From: Minisyncoccota bacterium
GTDB taxonomy: Bacteria; Patescibacteriota; Minisyncoccia; Phycocordibacterales; JAACPR01
DNA: 64,000 nucleotides
NCBI GenBank assembly: GCA_041674225.1
Contig: JBAYWG010000001.1
Coordinates: forward strand, 390,273-454,272
Direction: 5' to 3'
The notes under the pieces are model-generated. The model saw nothing but the letters and a program-made list of their open reading frames with translations. It had not been told where the DNA came from and searched no databases. The translations under genes were made by a program, and so were the position numbers. This document shows, one piece after another, positions 9,440-17,322 of the stretch (its first letter is position 1; each line of letters opens with the position of its first letter).

Positions 9440-9620
9440 TAGTGGTACTCCACTCGGTTCATAGATTAATACCGTAAAATCTACTTGGAGAACTTCGGTT
9501 CTCCTCTCAACTGAGCTTGCAACAATTTGATAGTTGTAAGTTCACAGAGAGTAAAACGTTCAGACACTCGTTATAAAACAGTCTGTGCAAGTCAAAGCAG
9601 CAATTGACACCTAGTACATT

Positions 9621-10130
9621 ATGAAACCAATTATTGCCTTCTATGAAATGCTCTGCGATCTTATTGAGACCGGAGTGAAAGGAGCTGGTACCGGCAGCTA
9701 TCCTGCAAGGAAGATGGAAATTGATCTTATTAGCTTGTCTGGTAAGGCTCGTGCTTCCAAAAACCCTGTTAGCTGGGTTGGTGCTGACAATGCAAACATC
9801 CTTTCCATGATGTTGCGTTGTATCAACGACAACGAAAACTCAAGCGGCAGACAGTGGGAACTCAGTGTTGAAACTCTGATGATCTCTGCATTCGGAGATC
9901 TGTCCGCCGTTCGTGATACAGAAGCGCTTCAAACTTTCGGACGGTTGAGAAGGGTGTGCTTCATGGACAAGAAAGAACTCTTTCTCTGGAGTCGTAAGAA
10001 AACTGAGAGAGAAGACGGAAGTGCTGTCATTGTGCTGCACGTCAGTGATCTACGAGCTTTTCAGTCTCTGATTCACGTCAGTGGCTCGAAAGGAAACCTC
10101 GAAGATGGTTTGATGATCATCAAGCCTTAA
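9621..10130 (+). CDS. Hypothetical protein (169 aa)
   Basis: ORF downstream of element Y. Protein-like composition. Confidence 0.45.
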   Translation: MKPIIAFYEMLCDLIETGVKGAGTGSYPARKMEIDLISLSGKARASKNPVSWVGADNANILSMMLRCINDNENSSGRQWELSVETLMISAFGDLSAVRDTEALQTFGRLRRVCFMDKKELFLWSRKKTEREDGSAVIVLHVSDLRAFQSLIHVSGSKGNLEDGLMIIKP

Positions 10131-10210
10131 TTGGAAACGCTAAAGGAGAACAGCGTACAACTCCGGCTCTGCATACACTTGCAGAGTCTTTTTATTTTAA
10201 GATATTTAAA

Positions 10211-10241
10211 TAAAAAATAGCCCCTTTTGCAAAGGGCTATT
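10211..10241 (-). terminator. Rho-independent terminator (bidirectional hairpin)
   Basis: TAGCCC-TTTTGCAAA-GGGCTA hairpin flanked by an A-run on the + strand, which is a T-run on the - strand. Confidence 0.55.
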
Positions 10242-10253
10242 AAGTTTAACTTT

Positions 10254-11414
10254 TCAGTTAATCAACCAACTTAACGCCGGTTTCTTGTGGAATATTCTTT
10301 CTGCGATTACCGCATTAGTATATTCTTTGTCTTCGGTGACTTCTTGAATTATCTCTATCCAGTCTGGAATTTGCAATTCATGCTCCAGATTGGTTAGTTC
10401 TATTTCAAGCATCCCAATCTCAACACTCGGATCAGTACTTGTATTGGAGTTTTTGAAGACATCCAGTTCCAAATATTGATTTGCCCAAAGCATACAGTGT
10501 CGAGTTTTGTTTACCGGACATGTGTCTGGTTTAATCATTGAAGACATGAGCTCGAACTCACTTTCTCCGATGATTCTCTCAACTTCGAGTCTTTGGCCTG
10601 GGCCGTGATCGCGTTTTTCAGTCATGAAGTAGGTGTAGAAACCATCGTGACCGCGTTTGCGAATACGGATTTCCGCCTTATCACTTCCTGTTGTTAGATA
10701 AATCTGCTCGATGTCGATTGAGACAGCTTCCTTGGGAATGTTCATTGGATTGAACTTTACTAAGAATTTTCTTTCTCTTTCGACAGGAATCGGCACCCCA
10801 ATAACTGCACAAACTTCTTGATAAACTCGGTGGAGTTTTTCTTGAAAATCGGTACTGTTGTCGACGACTCTCATGTGAGGATGACCAACCCAGGCTTGCT
10901 GAGTTCTCTTATCAAGATCTCTCGCTTGTTGGGGAGTCTCGTGTCTCGCTGAATTGTTTGCCAGAGTGTAGAAATCCTCAGCACCTTCTGCGGCTGTGAC
11001 CATGTGAATGACTGCGTCATATCTCGCATGACTAGCACTCACTGGATTGAGTTCTCTTGTTTGCAGCAGAGACAAGTAGTCTTCTTTTTCCATGTATGCA
11101 CTCCCGTCGGGAATACCACGGTCGTAGATGACTACAATCTTTTGATCTGCTGGAAGATTTTTTGCAATCTCCAAAATGTTATTTTCGATGCTCAAACTTA
11201 TGTTGAGAATCGCATTTTGAAGCATGTCTCCCGAGATTGAATTTTTGCCTGGCATTACTCCAGCGTTGATACATAGGGTCGCCATCTCTGGGATGACAAA
11301 AACCACATGATTTTCAATCTCTTCAATTTTCTCTCTCAAGAAAGAGAGGCCACTAGACTTTCCTCCGCAAGGGCCACCGGTCAGGACTATTCGGTATATG
11401 TTTTTGGGTTGCAT
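10254..11414 (-). CDS. P-loop AAA-type ATPase fused to a C-terminal CYTH (triphosphate tunnel) domain
   Basis: Walker A TGGPCGGKSS at the N-terminus. The C-terminal half starts ERERKFLV and has the alternating acidic/basic strands of CYTH. Confidence 0.65.
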   Translation of the reverse strand: MQPKNIYRIVLTGGPCGGKSSGLSFLREKIEEIENHVVFVIPEMATLCINAGVMPGKNSISGDMLQNAILNISLSIENNILEIAKNLPADQKIVVIYDRGIPDGSAYMEKEDYLSLLQTRELNPVSASHARYDAVIHMVTAAEGAEDFYTLANNSARHETPQQARDLDKRTQQAWVGHPHMRVVDNSTDFQEKLHRVYQEVCAVIGVPIPVERERKFLVKFNPMNIPKEAVSIDIEQIYLTTGSDKAEIRIRKRGHDGFYTYFMTEKRDHGPGQRLEVERIIGESEFELMSSMIKPDTCPVNKTRHCMLWANQYLELDVFKNSNTSTDPSVEIGMLEIELTNLEHELQIPDWIEIIQEVTEDKEYTNAVIAERIFHKKPALSWLIN

Positions 11415-11530
11415 AGATTGGTTTAGTTGGTTGTGAATGAACTGCTACTCTTCACTGATTATGTTTAAAAGGTTCGTTGTTTTCTAGTCTTTCTGCGTTG
11501 AGTCAAATTTTTTAGACTAAAATGTCTAAA

Positions 11531-12202
11531 CTATTCTTCATCAGTTGTATTTAAAAAATATTCTGCAAAAAAGTGATCTTTCTTGTTTTCTTTAACAAGT
11601 TTTAATATCTTTTTCGCTCCAGGTAAAATGTTTTTGCTATCTATTTCATCAAATGTTCCCCAGAAGCATTCTCCAACTGTATTCCCGTCTTCTAATTCTC
11701 CAGTCACTTCTGTTCCAGAGAAGACATGGCAAAGAAGGTGTGTAACTAATTCTGTTTCATCGTGCACAGCAATATAAACATCGCCCCTGTGTTTTAGTTT
11801 TGCAGATAATCCAGATTTTTCTTTCAGTTCTCTTTCTGCCGAATCTTTTATTCTTTCCTCGAGGTGAATTTTCCCATATGGAAAAGAAACAAAATTAATA
11901 AAGGGCGCTCTTTTTTGACGGTAGAGTAAATACTTTCCATCTTTTTCAATTACCATTGATGTAACAATTTTGGGTTGAGTTCTTTCTTCAAATGTATCAA
12001 AAGACATCCTGCTGATTAGGTGTTTTCCTGCAGATGTCAGACTGTATGTTTTATCTTTTGAAATAATCAAACCAAGTTTTGTTAGGGAGTTTAGGTGGTA
12101 CACAAAAACATTTCCCTCGACTTCTTTATCTTTTAGATCTGAGTAACGGATCTTTTTCTGTAGAGAAAGTTTTTTAAGGATGTCTTTTTGAATTTCGTGC
12201 AT
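11531..12202 (-). CDS. Winged-helix + Nudix hydrolase domain protein
   Basis: Nudix box GKIHLEERIKDSAERELKEKSG, N-terminal HTH-like segment. Confidence 0.7.
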   Translation of the reverse strand: MHEIQKDILKKLSLQKKIRYSDLKDKEVEGNVFVYHLNSLTKLGLIISKDKTYSLTSAGKHLISRMSFDTFEERTQPKIVTSMVIEKDGKYLLYRQKRAPFINFVSFPYGKIHLEERIKDSAERELKEKSGLSAKLKHRGDVYIAVHDETELVTHLLCHVFSGTEVTGELEDGNTVGECFWGTFDEIDSKNILPGAKKILKLVKENKKDHFFAEYFLNTTDEE

Positions 12203-12348
12203 GGTGAAATATTAACATATAACAAATTAATTCTAAAAACTCACGATTTTGTATTATAAATAAAGATCATTTTGGCAAAGTTTGTGTGTAACAATTTAAT
12301 ACGGATTCTGTAATTAATTATTATTTTTGAGGGTTATTTGATACAATC

Positions 12349-13086
12349 TTGTTAATTATGAAAAATAAAATACTTGAGCAGATTGGTTTATCAAAGAATG
12401 AGAGTGAGATTTATTTAGCACTTTTAGATTTAGGACCTTCAAGTATTTCAAAAATCTCTGAGAAAACCGCCATCCACCGACCACTTATTTATAAAGCACT
12501 ACCTGAACTTTTGGAGAAAAAATTGGTTAGCCAAACTCAGAAAGGGAAAAATGTGCTTTATGTGGCGGAACCACCAAATAGATTAGAATCAATTTTTGAT
12601 GAATTAAAATATCAATTCTTTGAACTTTTACCTGATCTAGAAGACTCATACTCAAGCAACAATAAAAAACCGAAAATTAGATTTTTGGAAGGGAAGGATG
12701 GAACTAAAAGAGTTTTTGATGATGTTGTGAGAAGTTTGAATAAAGGAGATACTTTTTATAGATACACTTCAAACAAAGATGGAAAAGAGAAAAAAGATCG
12801 ATATGTTCCGAGAATTTATTGGACTATGCGTGACGCTAAAAAATTGGAGAGGCAAGTGATCACAAACGAGAAGACTGCAAAAGCAAAAATAGAAAAAATT
12901 GATAGATTTGTGAAAGGAATGCCAGAAGATTTTGGACCTTTTGAACACAACATTACAGAAATTATTTATGGAGACAGAGTTTCTTTTATAGACTACAACT
13001 CAGACACCGCGATGATTATTGAAAGCAAACCGATTGCTGAGTTTCAAAAACATATCTTCAAGACATTTTATAAGAAGTTAAGTTAA
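12349..13086 (+). CDS. TrmB-family transcriptional regulator (paralog of 7715-8467)
   Basis: LSKNESEIYLALLDLGPSSISKIS...LIYKALPELLEKKLV wHTH. Similar length and architecture to the first TrmB-like gene. Confidence 0.6.
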   Translation: MLIMKNKILEQIGLSKNESEIYLALLDLGPSSISKISEKTAIHRPLIYKALPELLEKKLVSQTQKGKNVLYVAEPPNRLESIFDELKYQFFELLPDLEDSYSSNNKKPKIRFLEGKDGTKRVFDDVVRSLNKGDTFYRYTSNKDGKEKKDRYVPRIYWTMRDAKKLERQVITNEKTAKAKIEKIDRFVKGMPEDFGPFEHNITEIIYGDRVSFIDYNSDTAMIIESKPIAEFQKHIFKTFYKKLS

Positions 13087-14436
13087 TTACTCGTGCCACC
13101 TTCGTTCTGCTCGAATTGGTGCATCTGCAACTAGTTTTATGCGAAGGTCTGAAGGAAGAAAATCAAGGGTGAATGATCTTCCTTCGATTACAATCTTGCT
13201 TTCAGAAGTGTCTCGGATTTTTGATATTTCCCTAGCTGAAAATTCTATAACTTCTTTCTGATATTTTTTTGCGATGTCAGGGATTTTATTTTCAACCCTG
13301 CTTTCTCGGAGTGCTTGTCCGTAAACTTTTTTGATATCTAGATTCGTGTGAAAGAGTCTTAATTCTCCTGATGTGCTCTTGTAGTACATGTTTTTGAAGA
13401 TATTTTTTGTGAATTTTATTTTTGCTAGGTTTAGTAAAGTGAGGTATCTGAAAATGTCTCCCATTGAGAAGATTTTTGCGTTTAGTTTTTTTGCCAATTC
13501 TTTTGTGGTTGAGCTTTTTCCGACTCCACTTTTTCCTTCTAGAGAAATTATTTTGGTCTCCTTTTTTATGTCAGTCTCGATTATTTTGATAACATTTTTT
13601 ATTCCAATTACTTTTCCTGTATCTACTGTGATTGTTTTCTTAGGTTTTTGTATTCTCAATCCTTTGTTTGAAAGATTTTCTTTATTTACTTTATCTATCT
13701 GATCATCTCTGTGATCTCTTTCAATTATTGAATGTAGTATTTCACTTACCCCATGTGATTTTATTCTATGAGTTATTTTCTCTTTTCCTATTTCTGAGAC
13801 CACGCAATCTTTTATTATTGTATTCAGTTCAGCTGTTTTAAATTCCGAGAAGTATTTGTCACCAAAATCTCCGAGACCAGGAACTATATAACCTTTTTCG
13901 TCTAAACATTTATCTAGTTGTCCGATTATTATTTTAACTTTTGGATAAAGAGTTAAGATTTTATTTACTCCCTCTGGTGAGGCTAAGATGTTTGCTACGA
14001 CTATTTTTTCTTCTGCGACATTTTTCTTTAAACATCTTTCGATTGCGTCGATAATAGTGTTTCCAGTTGCTAACATGGGATCAACTATGATGACAAAGTT
14101 GTTTTTGTTTATTTTTCCCTCTTCAAAATCAACCTCTGTTTCTAGTGTTTCCTCGTTTCGCTTTGAGCTTAGGTGGTAATAATTTTTTATTTTAAATTTC
14201 TTTAGGCTCGGGATAAAAGCGAGTGCAGATCTCCAGGGAAGAATAACGACCGTGTTATTTTTTTCTATATGATTTAAAGATTCTTTAATTATTTTGTCTG
14301 TAATTATTTCAGAATTTTCTCTAAAGATTTTTCCTTTGGTTTGTTCATGAAAAGATTTGTTGGGATATCCGGCTCTTAAAATTTTAAATGCGGTGTTGAA
14401 TTTTTTATCTGGAGTTACTATTTTTATTTTCTTCAT
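13087..14436 (-). CDS. Uracil phosphoribosyltransferase fused to cytidylate kinase
   Basis: N-terminal half has DPMLATGNT and YIVPGLGDFGDKYF (UPRT). C-terminal half has P-loop ISLEGKSGVGKSS and cmk-like sequence. Confidence 0.75.
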   Translation of the reverse strand: MKKIKIVTPDKKFNTAFKILRAGYPNKSFHEQTKGKIFRENSEIITDKIIKESLNHIEKNNTVVILPWRSALAFIPSLKKFKIKNYYHLSSKRNEETLETEVDFEEGKINKNNFVIIVDPMLATGNTIIDAIERCLKKNVAEEKIVVANILASPEGVNKILTLYPKVKIIIGQLDKCLDEKGYIVPGLGDFGDKYFSEFKTAELNTIIKDCVVSEIGKEKITHRIKSHGVSEILHSIIERDHRDDQIDKVNKENLSNKGLRIQKPKKTITVDTGKVIGIKNVIKIIETDIKKETKIISLEGKSGVGKSSTTKELAKKLNAKIFSMGDIFRYLTLLNLAKIKFTKNIFKNMYYKSTSGELRLFHTNLDIKKVYGQALRESRVENKIPDIAKKYQKEVIEFSAREISKIRDTSESKIVIEGRSFTLDFLPSDLRIKLVADAPIRAERRWHE

Positions 14437-14460
14437 TTAATTTTATTATAGTTTATTTTT

Positions 14461-14512
14461 TCCGTTTCGTCCTTTTGGACTCATCAGGCAAAGAACTTAC
14501 CTTGCGACAGTG
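14461..14512 (-). ncRNA. Hammerhead ribozyme, type III (HHR-1)
   Basis: Minus-strand read: CACUGUC|GCAAGG-UAAGUU-CUUUGC (stem I) CUGAUGAG UCC-AAAA-GGA (stem II) CGAAAC GGA. Full catalytic core, GUC cleavage triplet. Confidence 0.8.
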
Positions 14513-14581
14513 GACGGATGGAACGTGCATCCGTCAATTTGTTTCAGTTTCAGGAAGTTTTTTCTCCCTAGTGCGCCTCGA

Positions 14582-14962
14582 TTAGCCGTGGCCGATGACC
14601 GGGACGCGACCGATCTCCTCTCTCTCCTCTTGGGCTCGTTGCCTTTCGCGGGCTTCTTCGTGGCCGAAAGAGCGGAGATAACTTTCGTCATGCTCTCGCT
14701 GCTCTTGCTCGTAGGATGCCCGAAGCGGTGTTCGGATCAAGGATGAGAGTTCGTCTCTGACCTCTTTGGGCCATGATTTCCTGATCCGCAGGAGGTCGCC
14801 GATGAATCTCTCAGCGTCATTGATATCGAGGTGTCCTCGCATCATTCGGCAGAGGTCTTCGGAGGTGTTTGGGTGTTGTCTGTTGGTCGGCATGGGTCGT
14901 TTGGGGCGTGGAGTTGGTGGGGACTGTTTCGTCTTGCTTCTACACTTGTAGAAGAGACTCAT
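14582..14962 (-). CDS. Hypothetical small charged protein between two hammerhead ribozymes (coding status uncertain)
   Basis: 126-aa ORF. Its 5' end overlaps HHR-2, so the true start is probably an internal Met. Confidence 0.3.
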   Translation of the reverse strand: MSLFYKCRSKTKQSPPTPRPKRPMPTNRQHPNTSEDLCRMMRGHLDINDAERFIGDLLRIRKSWPKEVRDELSSLIRTPLRASYEQEQREHDESYLRSFGHEEARERQRAQEEREEIGRVPVIGHG

Positions 14963-14990
14963 CAGGCGAGATACTTATCTCGCGACAGAA
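14921..14990 (-). ncRNA. Hammerhead ribozyme, type III (HHR-2)
   Basis: Minus-strand read: UUCUGUC|GCGAGAU-AAGU-AUCUCGC CUGAUGAG UCU-CUUCUAC-AAGU-GUAGAAG-CA-AGA CGAAAC AGUCC. Stem III is CUG/CAG. Confidence 0.8.
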
Positions 14991-15036
14991 GACGGATGGA
15001 ACGTTCATCCGTCAATTTGGTTCAGTTTCAGGAAGT

Positions 15037-15360
15037 TTATTCTTCCTCTGCGCCGGTGCGAATGTACCCTCTTCGCTCGAGTTCCTTCAGGCAGATATGC
15101 ATTTCCCTCGGACTACCTGCTTGAAACAGGACTCGCATTTGTTTGCGGGTTAGTCGGGCAGGGTTTGCTAGATTTGCTTCCGCTCTTTTCATTAGGCGAT
15201 TGAAGGCTTTCTCGCAAGCTGGCGGTGCGTGGCGGTCTTTGGCCTTTGGTGGTTCGGTTTGCTCGCGCATCTTGGCTTTTTGTGCGGAGATTATGCCGTT
15301 GTAGCGTGGTACGCAGGTGCAGGATGTGGTCATGGGTAGTTTGGGGTTTGGGGTTAACAA
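15037..15360 (-). CDS. Hypothetical small protein, possible HTH at C-terminus (coding status uncertain)
   Basis: 107-aa ORF upstream of HHR-2 on the minus strand. Confidence 0.3.
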   Translation of the reverse strand: MLTPNPKLPMTTSCTCVPRYNGIISAQKAKMREQTEPPKAKDRHAPPACEKAFNRLMKRAEANLANPARLTRKQMRVLFQAGSPREMHICLKELERRGYIRTGAEEE

Positions 15361-15747
15361 AGAACAAATTTATTTTTTTGTAAATTGTAAGGTCTAATCC
15401 AACATATTTATAGTCTAGTCAAATTGAGTCAATTGTTTTTATCAGAAGTGGTATTTTTATGTGCAGGGGGTTCAGGCAATATTATAAGTAAAGTATTTGA
15501 AAATATTTTTTATTTATGGTCAATGTGTACAGAGATGGGAGCGAGGTGAATTTAGTGGCTTTAAATATAGCTATTATTTGATTTTTCAGTGTAATTTTTA
15601 GTTTCAAAAAAACTTTTTTATACAACTTTTTTAAAAAAGTAGCAAAAAAATATAAATTCTGTCTAAAATTTGAAACATTATAAAAATGTAAATATGGCTT
15701 AAAATATGATAAAAAATGATATCTAAAATTAGAAACGACAAAAACGC

Positions 15748-15776
15748 TTGACAAAAAATGAAAATGGGTATATACT
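15748..15776 (+). promoter_or_regulatory. Consensus sigma70-type promoter (TTGACA-17 nt-TATACT)
   Basis: Perfect -35 TTGACA at 15748-15753, 17-nt spacer, -10 TATACT at 15771-15776, in an AT-rich region with upstream direct repeats. Confidence 0.6.
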
Positions 15777-15837
15777 ACTTTCAAACCTAAAACAAGCACA
15801 CAACATTCAACAACCAGCCAATAGAAAGGAGGAGGGC

Positions 15838-15888
15838 ATGATTTACCAAATCTACCCCGATGGGACCATTGTGGTCGTCCGCCGATAG
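15838..15888 (+). CDS. Candidate 16-aa leader peptide (MIYQIYPDGTIVVVRR)
   Basis: ATG 5 nt downstream of the strong SD AAGGAGGAGGG, about 55 nt from the predicted TSS. Stop TAG. Confidence 0.3.
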   Translation: MIYQIYPDGTIVVVRR

Positions 15889-16342
15889 GCCGGAATAGTG
15901 GGTTCGTTCAAACCGAATCTGCTCCCTTAAAATAAGATCTTCCACACGGTCTTATTTTAAGGTAGCGGAAGTTACCTAGTTCTTTAAAAGATAAAAGATA
16001 GCCTGCACCTTAATCAGAGTATTGCTAGTACTTTGATTAAGGCGCAGGACATTAACAGTTGTTTGGCGGCCTAAAAATAGGGAAACAAAGTTTCCCCTTT
16101 CGGCTGATCACCGATTGAACTACCCAGGAGGTTTGTGTCATGTTTGAACACGAGCAAGAAAGGTGGAGGAAGATGTTCACAATTTAAAGAACATCTGGAA
16201 GGTTGGTAACCGTAAACTGTTGTGGTGCATGTAAGGGTGCCACGATTGTCCTTTGGACAATCAAAAGTCAATGCCTAATCAATATTAGGTACACACGTCT
16301 ACACGAAGTGATGGAATGCTTAACCAGCTCCATGCACTTCGT

Positions 16343-16396
16343 CCTGTCGCGAGATGCATGTCTCGCCTGATGAGTCCAAAAGGACGAAACAGTTGC
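16343..16396 (+). ncRNA. Hammerhead ribozyme, type III (HHR-3)
   Basis: CCUGUC|GCGAGA-UGCAUG-UCUCGC CUGAUGAG UCC-AAAA-GGA CGAAAC AGUUGC. Shares stem I with HHR-2 and stem II with HHR-1. Confidence 0.85.
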
Positions 16397-16524
16397 ATTT
16401 TTAAAATATAAAATCTTTGTACTGCATTCCGTGTTCAATTCTTTTGGAAGATAAACACCACTCAATTTAATGTGGCCCCCAAAATTGGACACAGTGCTCG
16501 GTATAAAGATTTATACCAACAGTT

Positions 16525-16540
16525 CTTTAAATAAAAATAA
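16525..16540 (+). repeat. 16-nt direct repeat CTTTAAATAAAAATAA (copy 1 of 3)
   Basis: Exact 16-mer, also present at 17307 and 17776. Confidence 0.7.
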
Positions 16541-17252
16541 TCATTTTCTTGGAACTCCGCAGTCACAAAATTGAAACTAAAATTTGGTTTTAATTTTGTG
16601 GCTGTGGAGGGCCCGATAGACTCGCAAGAGTTGATAGGATAGTTGCCAAAAGACAATTACTATCCGGGTGTGTAAAAACATCTAAATCTCCATCTTGAAA
16701 CTAGTGTGCTCCGGGAGGGGTATCCAAACATTAGTGTAGAGAGCTGTAGAAGTCTGCAAACTTCGAAAGCAGTTAGAAGCGTTCAGGGCTGCAACCCAAA
16801 AACGTGGAAAGCCAAGTGTGCATCAGGCACGGCTCGCAAGGCTGTGTGCAGTGCACCCCTCTTTCTTGGCATGTCTTACAACTATATAAAGTTGCTAACG
16901 GCATAAAGAGGGAAATCAATCATCGTAGGGCTGTGCCACAATACCAGAGAATTGGGAAAACTCTGGGTGAAAAGTGGAAGAGGAACGCCACCTCAAATGG
17001 AAAAAGCCCCGGCCAGGGAAATATCCAAGAAGATGATTGAGGATAAAGGGTGCGCACACACCCTAAAACAATTCGGTGAGATTCCGAAATGTGTGGTCAA
17101 AAGACAGCTACCGTTAGCAGCGGTGGTCGGCTCGCAAGAGTATTGCTGTCATTGAGAGTATGTGAGCTTCGGCTTCTGACCTTTGTACTCTCTCCCAAAT
17201 TTTTCGGTTCGGAACTAGGTTCAACCGGGTTGTAAGTTATCCAAAAACTTTC

Positions 17253-17302
17253 TCTGTCTCGAAATGTAATTTCGACTGATGAGCTCAAAAGAGCGAAACA
17301 GA
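17253..17302 (+). ncRNA. Hammerhead ribozyme, type III (HHR-4)
   Basis: UCUGUC|UCGAAAU-GUA-AUUUCGA CUGAUGAG CUC-AAAA-GAG CGAAAC AGA. Stem III is UCUG/CAGA. Confidence 0.85.
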
Positions 17303-17306
17303 TGAT

Positions 17307-17322
17307 CTTTAAATAAAAATAA
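17307..17322 (+). repeat. 16-nt direct repeat CTTTAAATAAAAATAA (copy 2 of 3)
   Basis: Exact copy, immediately 3' of HHR-4. Confidence 0.7.

Noticed and set aside
15482-15799. 105-aa minus-strand ORF spanning the AT-rich promoter region
   Set aside because: Its low-complexity Phe/Leu/Lys/Tyr-rich translation comes from AT-rich DNA, and it overlaps the consensus promoter and direct repeats. It is not coding.
16706-17155. Three overlapping 66-78 aa ORFs (16706-16906, 16804-17040, 16952-17155) in the GC-rich part of the island
   Set aside because: They overlap one another in different frames, lack SD sequences and sit in a helix- and tetraloop-dense region. This is better explained as structured RNA.
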